64,000 nt of DNA. Origin: Octopus sinensis. Lineage: Eukaryota. Made by a program: the position numbers and the translations under genes. The stretch spans positions 3,224,001 through 3,288,000 of the forward strand of contig NC_043005.1 of assembly GCF_006345805.1 (NCBI RefSeq), in the 5' to 3' direction. Below, in pieces: positions 14,151-26,345 of the stretch (positions within the stretch are counted from its first letter, which is position 1; each line of letters begins with the position of its first letter). The notes under the pieces were generated by a model. That model saw only the letters and a list, made by a program, of their open reading frames with translations. It did not search any database and was not told the origin of the DNA.

Positions 14151-14358
14151 AGACATCATTATTAATTTTGTTTGGCCCAGTGCAGCCTTGATCGAGTAGA
14201 CGTATAATCATAGATAGTCCAACCGTGACCATCACATCCCTCACCCCATCTTATTTTCAGGCTGTGTTTCTAGGACGACGTTATGCAGTATATCCTTCTC
14301 ACCTTCACTTTAGATTGGTATAATGCGATTTGAAGGCAGGGTTGACTTCTATTTCTAG

Positions 14359-14433
14359 CACTACGAGCGACTACGTTCACGCTCCCTCCGTCGGCTTGCT
14401 GCTGCTGCTGCTGCTGCTGGTGTTGTTGTAGGC
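14359..14433 (+). other. Candidate internal exon (75 nt)
   Basis: TTCTATTTCTAG acceptor, GGC|GTGAGT donor; frame 0 open (HYERLRSRSLRRLAAAAAAAGVVVG); contains (GCT)n. Confidence 0.3.
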
Positions 14434-14639
14434 GTGAGTCGACTGAGTGCTGCGATGTGGCTGAACCAAGTTCGTGGCCTGGTTTCTTTAGGTTCACATG
14501 GCTAAGAACTGCTTCCACGTTTAGTCGATCATGGGAAAGGCATCAACGCCACCACTTCATTGATGTCATTAGCTCTTTATGGGTGGGGGTGGGGGAACGC
14601 ATGAATGTCACAGATTCCTATTATGTCAAAGAAATCAGA

Positions 14640-14830
14640 ATGTAGTTGATGTTTAACCCCGGGCTAAGCTCGACAGGGCAGACCTATGATTAAAGACAAT
14701 CCATCTGTGATTATCCCGTCTTTTTCCTGGGTACATTACTGAACTATTGTCCCTTTACCGTGGCGTTAGGATGTGGATTGAGGTAGATATGGCTGCTACT
14801 TCTTAGAAGTTTATCGACCACATAGAGATC
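14640..14830 (+). repeat. Unclassified interspersed repeat (GCAGACCTATGAT family)
   Basis: Related degenerate copies at about 14175-14290, 52930-53010 and on minus at about 20545-20900. Confidence 0.5.
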
Positions 14831-15135
14831 TCCCCGGATTGTGTTTTGTGTCTCGTAGTAAAAGAAAGGAGATTTGAAAGGAGATTTGAAAGGAGATTTG
14901 AAGTTCAGTCATTCAGCTTCTTTTGAGACTAGCATTTCCTACCAACCACCCCACGTGGAAGAAAAAAGGCACTGTTTGAGGGTAAACATTAAAAAAATTG
15001 AAATCTTGGGGAAAAGAAATCCTTTTAGAATCGTGATTTCCTTACTTGTATGAAACATCAATACAAGGGGGGACCCCAGCCCGCAAAAACCTTTTCCGGT
15101 CAGTCTTCATTGGGTTAAAGATATGTCAAAACTAT

Positions 15136-15235
15136 NNNNNNNNNNNNNNNNNNNNNNNNNNNNNNNNNNNNNNNNNNNNNNNNNNNNNNNNNNNNNNNNN
15201 NNNNNNNNNNNNNNNNNNNNNNNNNNNNNNNNNNN
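15136..15235. other. Assembly gap (100 N)
   Basis: Run of exactly 100 N. Confidence 1.
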
Positions 15236-15362
15236 GAAAATTTGTTGCTGAAAATGCACCACCGTAAATTTGAAAAACTTGTGAATTGTTTTAAAAATAA
15301 ATTTATTTAAAAACAATTACAAGTTTTTCAAATTTAGGTGCATTTTCAACAACAAATTTTCC
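15236..15362. mobile_element. Palindromic MITE-like element abutting the gap
   Basis: Near-perfect loopless palindrome centred at 15301/15302 (GAAAATTTGTTGCTGAAAATGCACC...GGTGCATTTTCAACAACAAATTTTC); right end followed by CTA. Confidence 0.55.
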
Positions 15363-15405
15363 TATATTTTTCCTGCATGAAAATACACCTCCTTTTGCTT
15401 TATAT

Positions 15406-15449
<44 letters not shown>

Positions 15450-15750
15450 GCAATGAAAAATAAGAAAATGGAGATATTGAAGTTAATAAGAGTTTATTAT
15501 CAGCAAAAAAAAATCGATCATTATCCCTTACAGCTGTTTCAATTAAGCTCAGTGAAGTTAAAAAATATTAAAATCAAATTTCTGAGTATAATCCCTTCAG
15601 AGGGGGACAAAGTAGACCCTTAGATATTTTGTGTGTTAGTTTTTTGAATCATCAGGGCAGACTGAATAATGCTGTTTATGATTAGTAGCTGCTATATGTC
15701 TAGGCGAGGGGATGGCAAGTTTGTTGTGGGTAAGAGTATAGTATGCAAAT

Positions 15751-16130
15751 GGGAGGTGCAATGGCCCGTGGTTAGGGCACAGGGGACTCGCGGTCATAGG
15801 ATCGCGCGGTTCGAATCCCGACCGGGCGTTGTGAGTGTTTATTGAGCGAAAACACCTAAAGCTCCACGAGGCTCCGGCAGGGGATGGTGGTGATCCTGCT
15901 GTACTCTTTCACCACACTTTCTGTCTCTTACTTCCTGTTTCTGTTGTACCTGTATTTCAAAGGGGCCAGCCTTGGTCACTCTGTGTCACGCTGAATACCG
16001 AGAGAACTACGTTAAGGGTACACGTGTCTGTGGAGTGCTCAGCCACTTACACGTTAATTTCACGAGCAGGCTGTTCCGTTGATTCGGATCAACCGGAACC
16101 CTCGTCGTCGTAACCGACGGAGTGCTTCCA
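15751..16130 (+). mobile_element. tRNA-derived SINE family D
   Basis: tRNA-like head (TGGCCCGTGGTTAGGG...GGTTCGAATCC); near-identical body at 36362-36722. Confidence 0.85.
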
Positions 16131-16299
16131 ATCCAAGTATGCAAATATGATTAGGATAATGAAGAGTAAATGAATAGAGATTAAAGAGTAAATTACAATG
16201 TAAATAAAGTACAACATGAATGAGGAGATGAATTAAATTACATTTGTAGGTTTTATACAAAATTGAGAAAACATATCTATTGATAAAAATACACTCGCA

Positions 16300-16785
16300 C
16301 TCGCTATCGCGCGATCATACGTTCTTCTGTTAATTCAGTATATTTGCACCTCTTGCCGTGGGGTAGATACATCTGGGACTCTCGACAGGAAGAGGTCCAA
16401 TTTTGATTTTAAAGCATCTACGTCCACTTAGTGTCGGTCCCTCAGGCTCTTTGGGAGAATATTAAAAAGATATAGGCCCCTGAAACCCAGTCTGTTGCAG
16501 TAACTGGTCCTGAAGCGCGATGGCATTGTTGGGATCTTTGGTACTGTGCAGTTCTGGCATTTGTACCCGTTCCGGCATTTGGCACAATTCCTTCCAGGAT
16601 CTTCCAAATGTATATTACTGCATACCTTTCCTGCCTTCGCTCCAGGGAGTAGAGTCTTAGCTGTTTCAGCCTTTCCCAGTAGCTGAGCTGCTGCAATGAG
16701 ACAATCTTCTTCGTGAAGCTTTGCTGGATTGCAACAAGGTCCGCTGTTAATTTTACACTGTTGGGTGATCGTAGCTTGAAGAGGT
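16300..16785 (-). mobile_element. 3' fragment of CR1-group LINE ORF2
   Basis: Minus peptide DLVAIQQSFTKKIVSLQQLSYWERLKQLRLYSLERRQERYAVIYIWKIL resembles the CR1/L2-group post-RT C-terminus. Confidence 0.8.
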
Positions 16786-16787
16786 AA

Positions 16788-16990
16788 TCCACTTATTTCT
16801 TATTTTTATTTTCCTAAAATTTTCGTTGCCTCTTGCAACCTTTTCAATAGTCTTGATTCTTGAAGTCAAGACTATTGAAAAGGTTGCAAGACGCATCAAA
16901 AGTTTTAGGAAAATGAAAATAAGAAATAAGTGGAAATTTTACCGGTGATGTGTTACATTATAACGCACAAAAAGAAAATGACTCTCCCCA
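16788..16990. mobile_element. Head-to-head inverted Penelope-like pseudo-LTR fragments
   Basis: Arms 16788-16857 and 16866-16934 are reverse complements; each carries a hammerhead-like motif; abuts (TA)n. Confidence 0.6.
16814..16850 (-). ncRNA. Minimal hammerhead-ribozyme-like motif (U3-A8 variant)
   Basis: CTA-TTGAAAA-G-GTTGC(AAGAG)GCAAC-GAAA-ATTT-TAG: stem I CTA/TAG, 5-bp stem II, palindromic AATT stem III, UUU site. Confidence 0.5.
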
Positions 16991-17030
16991 GACATATATA
17001 TATATATATATATAATATATATATATATAT

Positions 17031-17064
<34 letters not shown>

Positions 17065-17163
17065 ACGGTGATCGCCATAAGCTTTAAGCTTATATAAAAT
17101 ACCATTATTATTATTTACAGGATTGTAAAAACGGCGTCTTATAAAAAACCATTCGCACCGAAA

Positions 17164-17208
<45 letters not shown>

Positions 17209-17364
17209 CATATATATACAGTAGAATAAAAAAAAATAGAAAGACCTTGGTACAGTATTATATATTTGAAAACATGAATAAAAATGGCTTTTCTGATAAT
17301 AGTTTTTCCACTTTCATAATTAAATGTTTATAAGTTTTTACCATCGATAATACGAACGATGTGA

Positions 17365-17645
17365 ACGTGGGTAGCTCATCGGTTAGAGTACTTGGCTCAC
17401 TATCGTAATGTCGTGAGTTCGATTCCCGGTGGCCAGTTGTATCTTTCAGCAAGACACTTTATTTCATGTTGCTCCAGTCCACTCACCTTGCAAAAATAAG
17501 TTTTATGCGTAGCACACTGATTCTCTCTGAGAACTACGTTAAAGGTACGCATGTCTGTGGATTGACGAACCATTTGCACGAGCTGTCGGTTCCATTGAGA
17601 GAATCAAATGGAACGCTCGTCTTCGTAACCGACGGAGGACCCGCA
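17365..17645 (+). mobile_element. tRNA-derived SINE sharing the family D 3' tail
   Basis: Head GGTAGCTCATCGGTTAGAG...GAGTTCGATTCCC, central CAGCAAGACACTTTATTTC, tail GAGAACTACGTTAAAGGTAC...CGTAACCGACGGAG like 16003-16125. Confidence 0.75.
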
Positions 17646-17724
17646 ACAGTGCGAAAATGAATGAGTCTGGTCTTAATATTTATACTAATTTATGCACACA
17701 CCACACCACACACACACACACCCA

Positions 17725-17761
<37 letters not shown>

Positions 17762-17847
17762 ACATATATATATATACATATATTATATATATATAATATA
17801 TATATTAATATATATATATATATACATCCACACACAGAGTAACCTTA

Positions 17848-18235
17848 AGGCGGCGAGCTGGCAGAAACGTTAGCACGCCGGGCGAAATGCGTAGCCGTAT
17901 TTCGTCTGCCGTTACGTTCCGAGTTCGAATTCCGCCGAGGTCGACTTTGCCTTTCATTCTTTCGGGGTCGATAAATTAAGTACCAGTTACGCAGTGGGGT
18001 CGATGTAATCGATTTAATCCGTTTGTCTGTCCTTGTTTGTCCTCTCTGTGTTTAGCCCCTTGTGGGTAGTAAAGAAATAGGTATTTCGTCTGTCTTTATG
18101 TTCAAATTCCACCGAGGTTGACTTTGCCTTTCATCCTTTCAGGATCGATAAATTAAGTACCAGTTGCGTACTGGGGTCGATCAAATCGACTGGTCCCTTC
18201 TCCTAAAATTTCGGGCCTTGTGCCTAGAGTAGAAA
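17848..18235 (+). mobile_element. SINE family A, nested/dimeric copy
   Basis: Well-preserved head GGCGGCGAGCTGGCAGAAACGTTAG; GTATTTCGTCTG repeated at 17897-17908 and 18081-18092. Confidence 0.9.
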
Positions 18236-18328
18236 TAACATATAGTAAACACAAAACTTCACGGAATGCCAAAACTGTTTCATTGATCGCTGTCTCAGCT
18301 TCATCTCTCGTCGTTTTTGACAGCTCTC

Positions 18329-18378
<50 letters not shown>

Positions 18379-18992
18379 CTACTACTTATAGTATAGAATT
18401 GTGCTTTCTGTCATTCGAAATTGTCTTCCTTTCCTTCCCCTGCATTTTTAACAACGGACATTTCGGAAAGAGAAACAGAATTTAAAAATTTTCATTTTCA
18501 CTCCACCCATTTTTTTTTAAAAACATTTTCCGATTTTTTTCAATGAAATTTTTTTCAATGAAATTTCCCGTTTAAAAATACGACTGTGTTCCTGTCCTAA
18601 TAGGTCCGAATTAACTGGAACCTACTGCGTGTGGGTGTGGCAGGGTATTTAACTCACAAACGTCTCCTATTCTCCCATCTCATACCCCACCAGTGAGCTT
18701 CGTTCTGGTCGCCAAAAGTAACAACCGAATCTCCCTCAAATCCCATCCAACCATTGGTGTCTGCAGTTAAATAACAATAAAATACTGTGGAATATTCGTT
18801 AATGGTTTTGTTGTGAGGTTTGGAGTTGGGGGAGAATGAAAATGTCTTTCTGGAAGTAATTACCAACACTCACAAACAATTAACAGAAGCTTTATTTACT
18901 TTATTTACTTTATTTACTTTATTTACTGCACATGGTTTTTTTTTTTTTTGTCTGTGTTGGTCTTTGGATGAAAACTTACAGCGACAATTACC

Positions 18993-19029
<37 letters not shown>

Positions 19030-20125
19030 GCATACTAGGATCTGGGACAATTGAAGTGGTTTACAGCAATCTGTGACTGGCCCCTTCCCGACTGCAACGT
19101 AATTGCGCCATTTTCACGACGACAGAATCTCTTGTCGTCTGCCATTTGAATGGAGATGCCTAGTGGCTGCTGCCTCACTATTCTGGAGCTGCCACTAAAA
19201 ACCACCTATATATAGGGTTAAATGGAGAAGTCCTACAAAATCGAATCACGCAATGGCTTCACGCTGATTGGTCGGTTAGTAAACAGTGGTCTCATTGTAG
19301 TATCTGTTCGGCTATCAAGCGATTCGGTTTCGAATCCACTACAGCTTCACTATACAAGTAACAAGTTGTCAACCTTCCGAACAGACCCGGAGAAAACGTC
19401 TCCTCAATCCACCTTGCCGTTGCATTGATTCCAGACAGGAACTGGGAAATACTGTGTAAAATCCTGAAGTCCAAAGTTGGATATCATAAGATGGTCTTAT
19501 ATCATCGACAGCCATAATTCCAGTAAGAATAAAAACATAAGCAGAGAAAAGGGACCAGTTGCACAAAGAAAGAATAAACAGGGAAGAGTCTTGGAATATC
19601 TCTCGGCATTTCATGAGAAAAGGGAATTGGCAACGAATCGGTTCTTCGTATTTTAATGTTCTTGTTTGTACAATGGGAATTACAATTATGAAAAAAATCT
19701 CCCTTTTTTTTCCGTTGTTTTAAATGTCCCCTAACCACTTAATTCCGTGAACCTTTGCCTTCCCAAGTTTGGGAGCGCCAAATGAGACTGAAACCTTATT
19801 GCTACCTGCCACCTGACGAAGAACCACACTTCAGAATTCGATTCCACAATCTGACAGGCATTGAGAGAGACATAGCATTATATAACAACTTAGTTTAAAC
19901 CCTGCACACACACACACACACAAACGCACACACGCACGGACGCACGCACTTTACTGACACTAGTTGTTTGCAAACAACGAAATACAAAACAACGTGCTTT
20001 GGTGGATGGCAGTAGCCAAGCTATCTAGGTCAGTATGTTATTCTGACCTAGATCTTATTACATTGTTCATTCAGGTTATCAAATTAAAGAGTGACATGAG
20101 GAGTGTGTGGAAGGGAGAGAGGGGG

Positions 20126-20165
<40 letters not shown>

Positions 20166-21282
20166 CCAAACAAATATTCTCATAATGCGAATTTAGCCCT
20201 CAATTATATTTGTTAATGAAACTCGGCCAGTAACATTCTGTTGTCTTCTTCTTCGCCCACCACTTCACGCTAACACCAACCATCACCACCACCACCAATA
20301 TTACCACTACCACCACAACCACCACTACCACCACAACCACCACCACAACTACCACCACCACCACTATTACCACTACTACCACAACCACCACCATTACCAC
20401 TACCATCAACACCATCAGCTTTTCGTGACGATCATCATCTTCGTAAGCAAACCCTCGAGCCACATAGTAAGGTCCCAACCTCAGGGCTGGTGGGGAATCC
20501 CTCGGCCACTTTGAAGCTTTGCTCACACGGAAATTTGAAACCACGAACAGAAGCCCGTCATGCTAAAAATAGCAGCCAAATCTCTTTCGAATCATACAGA
20601 AAACACGGTACGTTTATACAGTGTTATTCTTGACAAACAAGAGTGAATAGCAGCTTCTGGAACCCGTTGATAACAAATCTATTCCGGGTGGGCTGAGCTG
20701 GGGTAGAACAACAGAACATAAACCTACCCCGATACTCCACCAACTATAGAGTAAGCCTCCAAGTAATTGTCTCAACATGCAAAAATAGCAACCAGATCGC
20801 CCTCAAATCCTATCGTACCATTGGATGTGTATTGCTGGCTGCCCCTATCGAGACATGATAGGCCTGATTGGAACGTCTTTCAATATAGGTCATAGCTAAC
20901 TAAGTGGGAGTTAGATAACAACAACAACAACGTGTCAATGAGGGGGTCTTTACGCCCTCACTCCCGCCTTTATCCCTCCTCCCCTGCACACGCATCAATC
21001 TCGTAGTGCCTGGTTCCTAGCCGCAACCTAATTTCGCAGGCAATGACCCTTCACACTGTGAAGACATTCCAACTTATATGCAAGGGACATAGCTCGGGAT
21101 GAATTCTGACCTTCTCAAGAAGGTTTTCCGTTCCGGTCTCTCGCAACACACACTAATCGGATATGACACTTTCTGAGCTCCGTCGCCATACTTTTCATAT
21201 CTGCTCCTCTGATCAGCGCCAGTTTGGATTCTCCCCTAACTCGTGTGCGAAACCGATTAGTAAAATCAGCGACTGAAATGAA

Positions 21283-21388
<106 letters not shown>

Positions 21389-22265
21389 AAGGAAAAATAA
21401 AGTGGAATTCACGAGATTCTATATTAATCACTACGATCGTTTCGACCCATCGTACATCGGTCCTACGTGGGCGAGACGGTGTACAAATAGTTGTCGTGCA
21501 TCATTTGGTGCAGATAGTAATAGGTAAGTGTGATCTAGGATCCAAGTGTAGGAAGTTAATAAGCTTCAAGCATTTATGCGGTTAGTACAGCTCACAAAAA
21601 GTGGAAAATATATAATAGAATATGTTCATTAGCATCGTAAGTTAGAGACTTCTTCTCCCTTTATCGAAATTAAAAGGAATTTTGATAATTTGACGGTCAC
21701 CATACAACTCATAGTTTAGTAACTAAAGCTTCTTAGAATGCAAATCCAAAACAATGTAAAGAATGGACCGGTAAAATATGGACTAAGACCCTTCAAGAAC
21801 AAAGTGATACTTGGTAGTTGGAGTTTAGTAAGATAACAGAGTAGCCCTTAATAGGATCTCATTTACTCTACATGTGACGTGTCACCTGGAGTGAGCCTTG
21901 TTACTGGGTGTCGCAGTTTATTCGGTTAACCCTAAAACCTTTATATCCACGGACCTTTAAAGCTTTTATATCTGTGATCCATTATAAGACCTTTTTATAT
22001 CTACGAAAGCCTTTAAATATGTGGTCCTTTAATCCGTGATCCTTTATATCTGTGATCCTTTATATGCCCCAACCTATTACTGAAAATTAAACCTCCTTCG
22101 ACTCTACTCACTCTCGTTGTACTCCAAATCGTTTCCCTTTATTTTCTTTCATTTCATTTCTCCCCTAAATCGTATCTTATCCTGTCTTGTTTCATTTTAT
22201 TTCTTCTCAGCTTCCTCCCTACCAATCCGACGAACAGCATTACACTATTATCATACAAATACATA

Positions 22266-23879
22266 CAGTGGGGGAAATAAATATTCGTACATGTCAAAAT
22301 TCTTTAGTTATCTAATTTCTTATGAACAGAAATGGGATATACCAATACTATATTTGCACACACATGCATAAACTAAGAATATGCAAAAGAAACTTATAAA
22401 TTATAGTAACTAAGGAATTTATATACAATCATAAATATTAAGGGGTGAAAAAAGTATTCGTAAAGAATAAATTTATGATTTTCTATGCCACAAAATACTG
22501 TTAAAATAATATTTTTTTACTAAAACTTTCTCATTTGTTCCAATAATCTTATCAGTTGTCATTTTTAAGTGTCAAAACGCTAACTTCTTCATTCAGCACT
22601 GAGACAACATAAAGTAGTATCGTAATAATGGTGGAAAGTAAAGAACTCACAAATACAGTGAAAAACTTTATTGAACAGTGAAAAGCAGGTAAAAGTTACA
22701 GGAAAATATCAGAGACCCTCTGTATTCCATTTTCTACCATATCTTCATTTATTCAAAGATATAAAAAAAATCAGGAACTGTTGAAAACAGAATATGATCC
22801 AGTGCACCATGCAAGATTTCCCCTAGATCTTTAAGAAAAAGGGAGTGAAGAATCGAAAAAAACGCAATGATCACCAGAAAGGAGTTGCAAGAAGATTTGT
22901 TAGCTTCAGGGACTAGTGTTACACTATGAACAATCAGCAATGAACTTCATAGGAATGAACTGTCACACTCTCCTAGAAAAACTCCGCTGTTGACTAAAAG
23001 GCATAGAGATGCCCGTTTAAAATTTGTTTATGAACATAAAGATAAACCTGATACATTCTGGGAAAATGTTCTATGGACAGACGACTCGAAAATTGAATTG
23101 ATTGGAAGAAATTTGCGTAGCCATGTTTGGAGGAAAGATGGTGCTGTATTCGGCGAAAAACACAATTCCTACCATAAAGTTTGGAGGTGGCAACATCATG
23201 GTGTGGGGGTGTTTCTCTGCAAATGGTACTGACAATTTACATGTGATAGATGGTAGAATGAATGCAGAGATGTACCAAAATATTTTTAACAATAATTTAT
23301 GGGATTCTGTAGAAAAGCTCCAGCTTTGTGAAGGGTGAATTTTAAAACAGGATAACGACCCTAAGAACACGGCAAAGTCTACCAAAAAATGGATTGTCGA
23401 TCACAATATAAAATTATCAGAATGGCCAAGCCAGTCACTAGAACTGAACCCCGTTGAAAATTTGTGGCGTTATTTAAAAATTAAAAGTCATTCAAGAGCC
23501 CCAACGTGCATTGCAGATTTGAAGAAAATTTGTCAAGAAGAATGGGAAAAAATTCCTAAAGAAACATGCAAGTCATTGATTAAAGGACCACAAGAAGAGA
23601 TTGGTTGAAGTGGAACTGAATAATGGTTATGCTACGAAGTATTAAATCAGAATTATCAGTTATTTATGTTCTGTACGAATACTTTTTTCACCCCTAAATA
23701 TTTATAATTGTATATAAATTCCTTAGTAACTATAATTTATTAGTTTCTTTTGCATATTCTTAGTTTATGCATGTGTATGCAAATATAGTATTGGTATATC
23801 CCTTTTATGTTCATTAGAAATTAGATAAATAAAGAATTTTGACATGTTCGAATACTTATTTCCCCCCCCCCCCCCACTG
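22266..23879 (+). mobile_element. Tc1-family DNA transposon, full length, disrupted transposase
   Basis: TA target sites at 22264-65 and 23880-81; about 200-bp TIRs starting CAGTGGGGG with internal direct repeats; transposase ATG 22628 to TAA about 23645 with WTDDSKIEL, QDNDPK, ELNPVENLW motifs; several frameshifts/stops. Confidence 0.95.
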
Positions 23880-24198
23880 TATTTATGAAACAAGAACCAG
23901 ATTCTGAATGAAGAGAGGCGAGTGCTATAACCCTTACACAAAACACAAAACACACCACAAACACTACTTTCTATTGAAAATCATCGTAAGGTTCACTGTG
24001 TGACTTGGCTTTGCCAGCTGCGGGGATTAGAGCGTGATTGTCACACAATTACGACTTTCGCACAGGTAAAACAACTGGCTAATTAGTAAATATTTAAATA
24101 TACCATAACAACCACCTATACTTATCTACGACTGATGACTAACAAAGCGGGGTGAATACTAAAAATTATTGTTTTTCATTCCACAATATTCCAGAATA

Positions 24199-24352
24199 CC
24201 TATTTCTTTACTACCCACAACGGGCTAAACACAGAGAGGACAAACAAGGACAGACAAACGGATTAAGTCGATTGTATCGACCCCAGTGTTTCACTGGAAC
24301 TTAATTTATCGATCCCGAAAGGATGAAAGGCAAAGTCGACCTCGGCGGAATG
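24199..24352 (-). mobile_element. 5'-truncated SINE family A with 15-bp TSD
   Basis: Perfect direct repeat CAATATTCCAGAATA at 24184-24198 and 24353-24367. Confidence 0.9.
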
Positions 24353-24371
24353 CAATATTCCAGAATAGCAT

Positions 24372-24575
24372 TAAGGCGGCGAGCTGCCAGAATCGTTAGC
24401 ACACCGGTCCAAATTCTTAGCTGCATTTCGTCCGTTCAGAGTTCAAATTCCGCCCAGGTCGACTTTGCTTTTCATCGCTTTGGGGTCGACAAAATAGTTA
24501 CCAGTTGATCACGAGGGTCGATCTGATCGACTTGCTCCGAACTTGCTGTCCTTGTGCCAAAATTTAAAACCAATA
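24372..24575 (+). mobile_element. SINE family A
   Basis: Head GGCGGCGAGCTGCCAGAATCGTTAG and family body. Confidence 0.85.
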
Positions 24576-24904
24576 TTACAGAATAAAATTGTTCAACAAT
24601 GAAAACATTAAATATATTATTTCACTGATTAAAAATTTGAAATGTATTTTTAAGGATGAAAATGTTAATGGAAATACAGACAAAATATATTTATCCTAGA
24701 CTGTCACCCGTCGTATGACGGTAACCTTGGAAGTATACTTTTACCATTGTGGGTAATATCAGGAAATACGGTTATACATATTGTTGCGCAGAAAAGAACA
24801 TCCTGGCGCTTCAACACAACTCTTGTTTCGCCTTTGTCTACTTCAAGTTATCTCCTACTATTACTTGTAAATACGTGTTATACCTTTTCTCTGCTGAAGA
24901 GCGA

Positions 24905-25440
24905 CATAGACATCATCATCAACATCATTGTTCGACCGTGGTTGAGACAATGGAATTTACCATGCTACGCCAGACCTCACGGTCCATCATGGCATTACAG
25001 AGGTCCTGTTGCTGGATGCCTGTATCCCTGGAGATTACATCAGGGTAGGAGAGTGTGCACCCTCTGGTATTGCGAGTAGATGGCTTCCAGAGGAGAAGAG
25101 TAGAAATTACCTCTTTTTCAGCTCTACAACAATGTCCAGCAAACTGGACTCTCCTACCTTTCACAAGAGATGACACAGGTGGTAGTTTTCCATATATTTG
25201 CATTTTGGTTGGATGACGCTTCCACGAGAGATTTTGAGCTCTCATAAGGAGGCGAGTGTAGGTTCCATCCAACCGCCTCTCAAGCTTCTTTGATAACGTC
25301 CAGGTTTCTGAGCCATATAGTAGAATTGGTTCGTCTGTGGCTTTGAAGATTTCAAGTTTGAAGTCTCTACTTAGATTTGATGACCAGATCTTATGCATGT
25401 CATTACAGGCTGACCAGGCCATACCCAGCGACATAGACAA
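24905..25440 (-). mobile_element. 3' fragment of RTE-clade LINE
   Basis: Peptide LLYGSETWTLSKKLERRLDGTYTRLLMRAQNLSWKRH...RRVQFAGHC; ends in (GAT)n-like tail. Confidence 0.88.
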
Positions 25441-25640
25441 CCAGGCAATCAACACGGGAGTTATTTTCCCTGTTCTATTTTCTTGACGACGACGACACAA
25501 CATCTCTGACCATTTTTATTTCTTTGGTGTGTTTGCAAATAACATGAAACAAAAAATACAAAAAAAAAACGTGCTTTAGTGGGTGGCAGTAGTCAAGCTA
25601 TCTAGGTCAGTATGTTATTCTACACCATATGCCCACGGGC

Positions 25641-25707
<67 letters not shown>

Positions 25708-25708
<1 letters not shown>

Positions 25709-26140
25709 GCGAAATTAAGGCCAACAGACCAGATATAGTTGTCAGAGACCATGAAGAAAACAAATGCTTTCTAATTGATGTATCAATACCGGCTGATGAC
25801 AACGTGTCTCTAAAAGAAATGGAGAAACTCTCAAAATACAAAGACCTGGAAATAGAGGTAACTAGAATGTGGAATCTGAAAACAGAAACAATTCCTATCA
25901 TAGTAGGTGCATTAGGCATGATAAAAAAATATTCAGACAAATACATAACAAAAACACCAGGACTTACAAACACATATAACATACAGAAAATTGCACTACT
26001 AGGCACTGCACACATCCTACGCAGAACACTTTCCATACAGTAACCATCAGAGCATCACAACAACTCACAGCACATACCTAAGGTACACAGAGCTGCGCTC
26101 GGTAGTGAAGTGAAAGCACGCTATAAAAATAAAACTACTG
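25708..26140 (+). mobile_element. 5'-truncated R4/Dong-like element embedded in (TAA)n
   Basis: About 97% identical by eye to 29118-29550; RPD..LIDVSIP..KEMEKLSKY RLE motif; (TAA)n on both sides. Confidence 0.95.
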
Positions 26141-26173
<33 letters not shown>

Positions 26174-26279
26174 AATAATCATAATAATAATAATATAATA
26201 ATAATAATAATAATAATAGATAATAAGAAGAAGAAGAAGAAGAAAGAAGAAGAAGGAAGAAGAAGAAGAAGAAGAGAAA

Positions 26280-26319
<40 letters not shown>

Positions 26320-26345
26320 TAATAATAATAATAATAATAAATAAT

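Noticed and set aside
14270-14518. Minus-strand polyQ ORF as a coding exon
   Set aside because: GTG start, upstream stop nearby, weak acceptor, polyQ is just (CAG)n; plus-strand splice signals are stronger.
15751-15830. tRNA gene calls for SINE heads (also 17365, 17848, 36180, 58217)
   Set aside because: A/B boxes continue into shared SINE bodies with no complete cloverleaf or terminator.
24696-24725. Helitron-like 3' terminus (hairpin + CTAG on minus)
   Set aside because: Next base is G rather than the expected T and no matching 5' end or second copy was seen.
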